From positions 1 to 35,082 of the forward strand of contig CALSCP010001228.1 in NCBI GenBank assembly GCA_943704425.1: a stretch of 35,082 nucleotides of DNA, given 5' to 3'. Positions 29,641-35,082 of this stretch are shown piece by piece; position 1 is the stretch's first letter, and every line of letters begins with the position of its first letter. The stretch is from Ministeria vibrans ATCC 50519 (Eukaryota > Protista > Filasterea). Under the pieces are notes generated by a model, which made no database searches, was not told the DNA's origin, and was given only the letters and a program-made list of their open reading frames with translations. The position numbers were made by a program, and so were the translations under genes.

Positions 29641-29756
29641 GAGTGAGAGAGAGACAGAGAGAGACTAACGGGTGTTGAATACAAAAAAAAATACGTCTTT
29701 TTACTATTGAGTTGAGTTTGAGCTCTGAGTTCGATTGCGTACATTTTTTTTTCAGG

Positions 29757-32700
29757 TCAATTGTTCGGTTCTGCCGCGCGAATTCGCTCAAGCATCATTG
29801 TGCGCTGGTTCTCGTCCAGTGGAGCAGGTGCACCTGACATGGGGTCGCCACTGGCAATCTTCGGGAAGGCAATAACGTCACGTAGAGAGACGTTTCGAGC
29901 GAGATTGAGACGGGCGCGCAGAGCAAGTGCGACAAGACGATCAAAGCCAATGGCAAGACCACCGTGGGGAGGAGTGCCGGTGCGCAGGGCCGCCAGTAGA
30001 TGCGACAAGGGTTCAATTGGTGCCTGGTAGTGTGGGTGAGTAAGTGGGTGCATGTGTATGTGTGTGTGTGTGTGTATAATTTATTATTATTTATATAGTG
30101 TGCATGTGTGTGATCTTACGCCAATGAGGCGCAGAATGCGCTCTTGCATGTCTGCGTTGTGCATACGGATGCTCCCTCCGCCAATTTCCCACCCATTGCA
30201 CACCAAATCATAATGCAGACCACGCACCTAAAGAGACGATACAGTTGGTACTCGAGCAGTTCAGTCAAGTCGTACGTTGAAGGGAAGTGTGTCGATGAGG
30301 TGGATGTCGTCGGGATGGGGCGCGGTGAACGGGTGGTGCGTGCTCTCCACTGCCCCTTCGTCAGAGCGGCTCAGCAGTGGGAAGTCGGTCACCCACAACA
30401 AATTCATTGCTGAATTGTCTCGAACAGGTCCTGTTCATCCAACACAGAGTGAGTGAGTGACACGACACAAAAAGTGAATGTGATTTGCTTACCAACATGT
30501 TCTTCCATGAAATCGGCCATTTTCAATCGAAACTGACCAAGAAACATTTTCTACGCACAAACGAGACGAAAGAAATTGAATGAATATGTTGATACAACCA
30601 CCATGATAAATATACTACTTATATGAGTAAGACACACAGAAAAGTGCCCACAGGAATAGCTTACAGAATGTTCTGGGTCCCCTATCACAATGAGAGTGCG
30701 ATCGGAGAGAGAGAGGGACGACAGTGCACCGTGAGCGCCGTCTGCGTCGCTCAGCTGAGTCCATCCGCTCAGTCGGTGTCCGTCGTTTTGTCGTCCAATC
30801 ACTCGTGTCACCTTTGTACAATAGACATATTATTGAATGTTTGTGTGTTGTTTGTGTGTTGTTTGTGTGTTGATTGTGTGTTGTTTGTGTGTTAGTTGTG
30901 TGTTGTTTGTGTGTTGATTGTGTGTTGTTTGTGTATTAGTTGTGTGAGTACGAGATCGAAATGAGGAAACACCAACTGGGTCTGAGCGATAACCGAATCA
31001 AATTGGGCACGAGAGAGAGAGCGACCGCCTGACACAGTCACCGCAAACGCACCAGAGTCAGTGCTACATGTGTCATTGTGTGTGTTGCTGCTATGTGCGT
31101 TGGTGTGAGTGTCTGTAAGTGTGTCGTTGTGTCTGCTGATTTGGCTCAGGATTGGCTTGAGAGCGGATGTCACATTCTCAATCTATACAACATTGCCATG
31201 GTTGCGTGTGAGTGTGTCTTTCGCTGTGCGTGCGTGTATGTACTTTGTAGCCAAATCGCGTGTCTGGTTTGTCAACGCCATACTAAACACACACACATAT
31301 ATACACAAATACGCAAAATCAGTCGTAAACAACATGTGGGTGTGCGAGTACAGTGTCAAAGGCAGATTGGAAGGAAATGCGCTCAAAGGGAGTGGGAATG
31401 GAACGACCGAGCGCAGAGGAGAGCGCAGAGGAAACAACCTGCTCAGTCAGCGACTGAACCACCGACACATCCGCAAACGACAGCTCAAAGTCAATCTGAA
31501 AGTAAAGCATCAGTGCGTGAGTCAAGAGTCATACTTTGAGTAACAGTGGTAAAATTTTGAGTTGAGTAAGCGTGAACAAGTATTAAGAAGGAGTCGATCA
31601 TGATCAAAAAAAATAGAGGGGGAGTGAGTTCCAGTGAAAAAGTGACAGGGATTAAAGTTTCAGTGACAGTGGCAGTGACAGTGACAGTGACAGTGACAGG
31701 TGACATTGCGTGAGTTCCAGTGTGTCGTACTTGCGTAAACTCGGCCTGTCGGTCTGCCCGTAGATCCTCGTCGCGATAGCAACGCGCAACTTGATAGTAC
31801 CGGTCCACCCCGCCCGTCATCAACATTTGCTTAAACTACACCATAAACCACATCAATAAATACGCACACTAAGCACTAAGCACTCAGCACACAGTAAGCA
31901 CTAGGCAAACACACACAGGAAGCACCACAAAGACACGCCGCAAAGACACACACCACAAAGACACACACCACAAAGACACACACCACAAAGACACACGCCA
32001 CAAAGACACACACCACAAAGACACACGCCACAAAGACACACACACACACCCACAGACACACACACACAGTGATTGCTCTGACTTGTTGGGGACTCTGAGC
32101 AAGTGAATAGGCTCTGCCTGCCAGTCTTTTGGGCATCACCAGATACTCCGCGGCTCCTTCGGGTGTCGTGCGAAACAGCGTTGGCGTTTCCACTTCAAGA
32201 AATCCTACAGAGACACACATGCAGAGAGATAGAAAGAACGTGCGTGAGTGGTAAGAGTGACACTCTACTTTGCTAAGTATAGTGCGTGTGTGTAAGTACC
32301 GTTTGCTTCAAAGACTTTGCGTGTGGCTTTGAGCATTGATGCGCGCATGTGGAGCGCCTGTTGCATTTCACTGCGACGTAAGTCATAGTAGCGGTGGCGT
32401 AGGCGCAATTCTTCGCGAGTCTGAAGAAGAAAAAGAAAAAAAAAAGAAAGGCTAAGGAGACAATCATTACAAGGAACACACTCTTACATGATCAGTGAGT
32501 GAGAAGGGGACTGACTCGCATTCGTTCAACAGAGTCAACGAGGCAACGGCAAGCTCGCGATCACCATTGGGAGTCTATGGATAGGGAGAAGGGTCAGAGA
32601 AGAAGCGGGCGCGCCCTCTCGTACGGCGCGAGAGTGCGAGGCGGGTCGGGCACGGAGGATCCCTTCGACACTGATCACGCTCTCGCGTTTGATCTGGCCT

Positions 32701-33058
32701 ATACGCTCGACGAGTGACGCTTCCTCAAACACCAACTGGATGTCTCCGGTCGAATCGCGAAGCTTGGCAAAGGCAACGTTGGCCGAGGCAGGTCTGACAT
32801 GTGAGACAAGGTGTGAGTTCGCACTCGCGCGCCCATCGCCCCTACCGCACTGTTTCGAGCCAGCCCGACACCTTCACTACCGCATCAAACTGCGCTGTGG
32901 CCGTTCCTTTGCACAGGTGCGTGCGATACGGCCCAAGAGACGACATTGGGCGATGACTCAATCGTGAGTATCTGGCACAAAAGCAGAAATCGTTGATGTT
33001 TCCTCAGTACAGTCATTCTCGCATACCTCTGAGTCACAGAGACAATCCTACGAAGCAT
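29757..33058 (-). CDS. DARS2: Mitochondrial (bacterial-type) aspartyl-tRNA synthetase, multi-exon; first exons 33058-33027 and 32971-32846, stop at 29757-29759
   Basis: Spliced N-terminus [31 protein letters not shown]...[11 protein letters not shown] looks like a mitochondrial presequence plus the start of the OB fold. Further motifs: [51 protein letters not shown], motif 2 [23 protein letters not shown] and motif 3 [13 protein letters not shown]...RDVIAFPK. Internal exon boundaries were not all resolved. Confidence 0.93.
31923..32066. repeat. Intronic 15-bp minisatellite (ca[c/g]cacaaagacaca-like units) in the AspRS gene
   Basis: About eight head-to-tail units of caccacaaagacaca / cgccacaaagacaca, with no spacers. 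Confidence 0.9.
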
Positions 33059-33334
33059 AGCAAAGGTAGCAGGTCGTTATCGAACTGGAAACCGTTAAAA
33101 TAATGGATCACTCGGTCACTCAAAACAAACTCATCAGAAATCACAGATCACGACGAGTCGGAACGATCAAAGTGATCTTCCAACTCGCTCAAAATTTGCA
33201 CTCCAAAACAATACGAAAAAATTTAAGGAGATAGTGTATTCGACCAACTCATAGTTATCCGTGCGATTAATGTCCCCAAAGTATCCTTTTTATCAAAACG
33301 TTTCGGTTTTTGTAATAATTTTGAGATAGATATG

Positions 33335-35021
33335 TCAACGTCGATTGATCGCAGCAAGGAGATCCGCCTTGATCGCCGACATTTCGGACGAAATGTGCTC
33401 CATAATCTAAAGGAAGACAGACAGAGAGAGAGACAGAGAGAGATACAGAGACAGAGACAGACACAGAGACAGAGACAGAGAAACAAAGTGATAGAGAAAC
33501 AAGGTGATAGAGAAACAGAGTGATAGAGAAACAAAGTGATAGAGAAACAAAGTGATAGAGAAACGAGAGAGGAGAAGAAAACAAGGTGATAGAGAAAGAG
33601 AGAGAAAAAGTGATAGAGAGAGGAGTAAATAAGGAGAAGAAATGATAGAGTCAGGTCGTACGGCTGATTTTAGAGCGTCAAGATCAGCCATTGTGACGGG
33701 TCGCTGAAGGTCAGAGGTGGAGACAGAAGTGCGACGAAGGGCATTGTTCGTTGTGGAAGTGGGAGTGGGAGTGGCAGTAGGGGGCTTCTTGACGGGTTTG
33801 GAGGTGGTAGGTGCGTCGGATTTGGTGGAGGACGCAGCGGCGGTCTTGGCACCAAAGGGATTGCGAGGCTGTTGTTGGTGTGATGGTGGTGCTGGTTGTT
33901 GTTGTTCTTGTTGTGCAGGAGTTTGCTGTTGTGCGGGCAGCGGTGGTTGCTGTGGCTTGGACGTGTCATCGTCAGTCACGGGAGGAGGCAGAGGGGGCGC
34001 AGTGGTGCTGGTGAGCGGGGGCAGGGGGTCGGACGAGTTGTCTTTGAGCGGCACTGGGGCAAGTGGAGGCGCTGATTCGGGGACGTGCGTATCTGCTGCG
34101 TCACGTTTTGCCTTGAGCTTCTTTTGGAGTTCGTCGCTGTCGCTGTTGGCGGAGGTGCTGCTGCTCGGAGGCGCCAGTGTATGGTCGCTCTTGCGCAGAC
34201 GCGACGCCGACAGTGCCGCAGCCGTCACAGCTGGCCCACCACCACCACCACCACTGCTACTATTATTACTACTACCACTGTTGTTAGTGGCAGATGGACC
34301 GGTGGCAGAGCCTGGCGATGACTGGGGGGTGCTGCGCAATTTGGTCATTGCAAGTTGGTCGCTCAGCGACGGTCCCAACGACGACGGGGGTGATGCAGGT
34401 GTGGTCGGTGCACTGGTGGGCATAGGCGCGGGCGAAGGCGCAGGTGGAGGCGTAGACATAGCTGGTGGAGCGGGAGGTGCTGCGGAGACCGCAGGAGGCG
34501 CTGCTGTTGCTGGCGCTGCTGCAGCTGTTGCTGGTGTTGAGGTGGTAGTTGATGTTGCCGCAGGTGGGGCGGCTGCTGGTGTAGCGGTTGATGACGCCGC
34601 GGGTGCCGCTGCCGCTAAAGAAAAGAACCCACCCACCCCCCAAAAAAAACAAAAAAAAAACAAAAAAGAGGGAGAGAAAGAGGTTAGATAGATTTGGTGC
34701 GCATCAGAGAGGTACGTGTCTTTTCGGCAGTCGGCTCGGTCGCTTGCGGTGGCTCTGTGGACGCAGCGGGCGACGAGGATTCGGCTACATGAAGCAAGAG
34801 AGCAAGGCAGGCAGTGTGAATGGGTTGACAAAGAGAAGACAAGGGCGAGGCGTACAAAGTGCCTTGAGCGCCTTCTCCAGCGCACTGGCAAAGGCGTCCG
34901 CCTCAGTCGGAATGGGGAAGTTGAGCCCATACACATAGCGCGTGTCCTGCCACTGGTGGAACGTGTCCGTCGCACGACGGTACACCATGCCTTTGAAAAG
35001 CGCCGAGTTGATCACAATGAG
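33335..35021 (-). CDS. VASP: Ena/VASP family actin polymerase, 3' part; exons 35021-34856, 34784-34716, 34614-33662, 33406-33335; 5' end beyond the window
   Basis: C-terminal half of EVH1: LIVINSALFKGMVYRRATDTFHQWQDTRYVYGLNFPIPTEADAFASALEKALKAL. Then a Pro/Ala-rich linker, WH2/GAB-like LSDQLAMTKLRST and AAALSASRLRKS, FAB-like DELQKKLKAKR, and a spliced tetramerisation helix MADLDALKSA-IMEHISSEMSAIKADLLAAINRR*. Confidence 0.9.
33415..33620. repeat. Intronic GA-rich microsatellite and 16-bp minisatellite (gtgatagagaaacaaa-like) in the last Ena/VASP intron
   Basis: Directly visible tandem units. Confidence 0.85.
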
Positions 35022-35082
35022 CTGTGGAATGAGAGAGAGACAGAGAGAGAGAGAGACAAACAAAAAAAAAAAAAAAACACAC

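Noticed and set aside
31923-32066. Regular short repeats (also 3252-3496 and 33415-33620) as CRISPR arrays or telomeric repeats
   Set aside because: They are head-to-tail units without unique spacers, lie inside introns and grade into CA/GA microsatellites; they are ordinary minisatellites.

Overview
This is eukaryotic genomic DNA: gene-dense, intron-rich, with short GT-AG introns of about 46-360 bp that are often filled with CA/GA microsatellites. Gene content (animal-type Claspin Chk1-binding motif, Ena/VASP, GSKIP, AMOP and vinculin-like domains) suggests a unicellular holozoan or other amorphean protist; the species cannot be fixed from sequence alone. Hand splicing gives nine genes: RPS24 (5' end outside the window); a 3-exon GSKIP-like gene missed by the ORF track; an N-acylated TPR-CHAT protein of bacterial type that seems to lack its catalytic dyad; a type II membrane GT-A glycosyltransferase; Claspin; a 9-exon orphan coiled-coil gene; a giant (>4,600 aa) single-pass membrane protein; mitochondrial aspartyl-tRNA synthetase; and the 3' part of an Ena/VASP gene. 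The standout is the giant receptor. Its ectodomain reads vitellogenin/MTP-like domain, RNRR cleavage site, AMOP domain, about 21 DxTPP beta-sandwich repeats with an intelectin-like insert, and a GPS-like juxtamembrane module. Its cytoplasmic tail carries what looks like a vinculin-tail/alpha-catenin F-actin-binding domain, tyrosine motifs and a terminal LD-like motif, so it may be an adhesion receptor with its own built-in actin linker. All family assignments rest on motif recognition from memory, not on database searches, and all exon models are inferred without transcript data.
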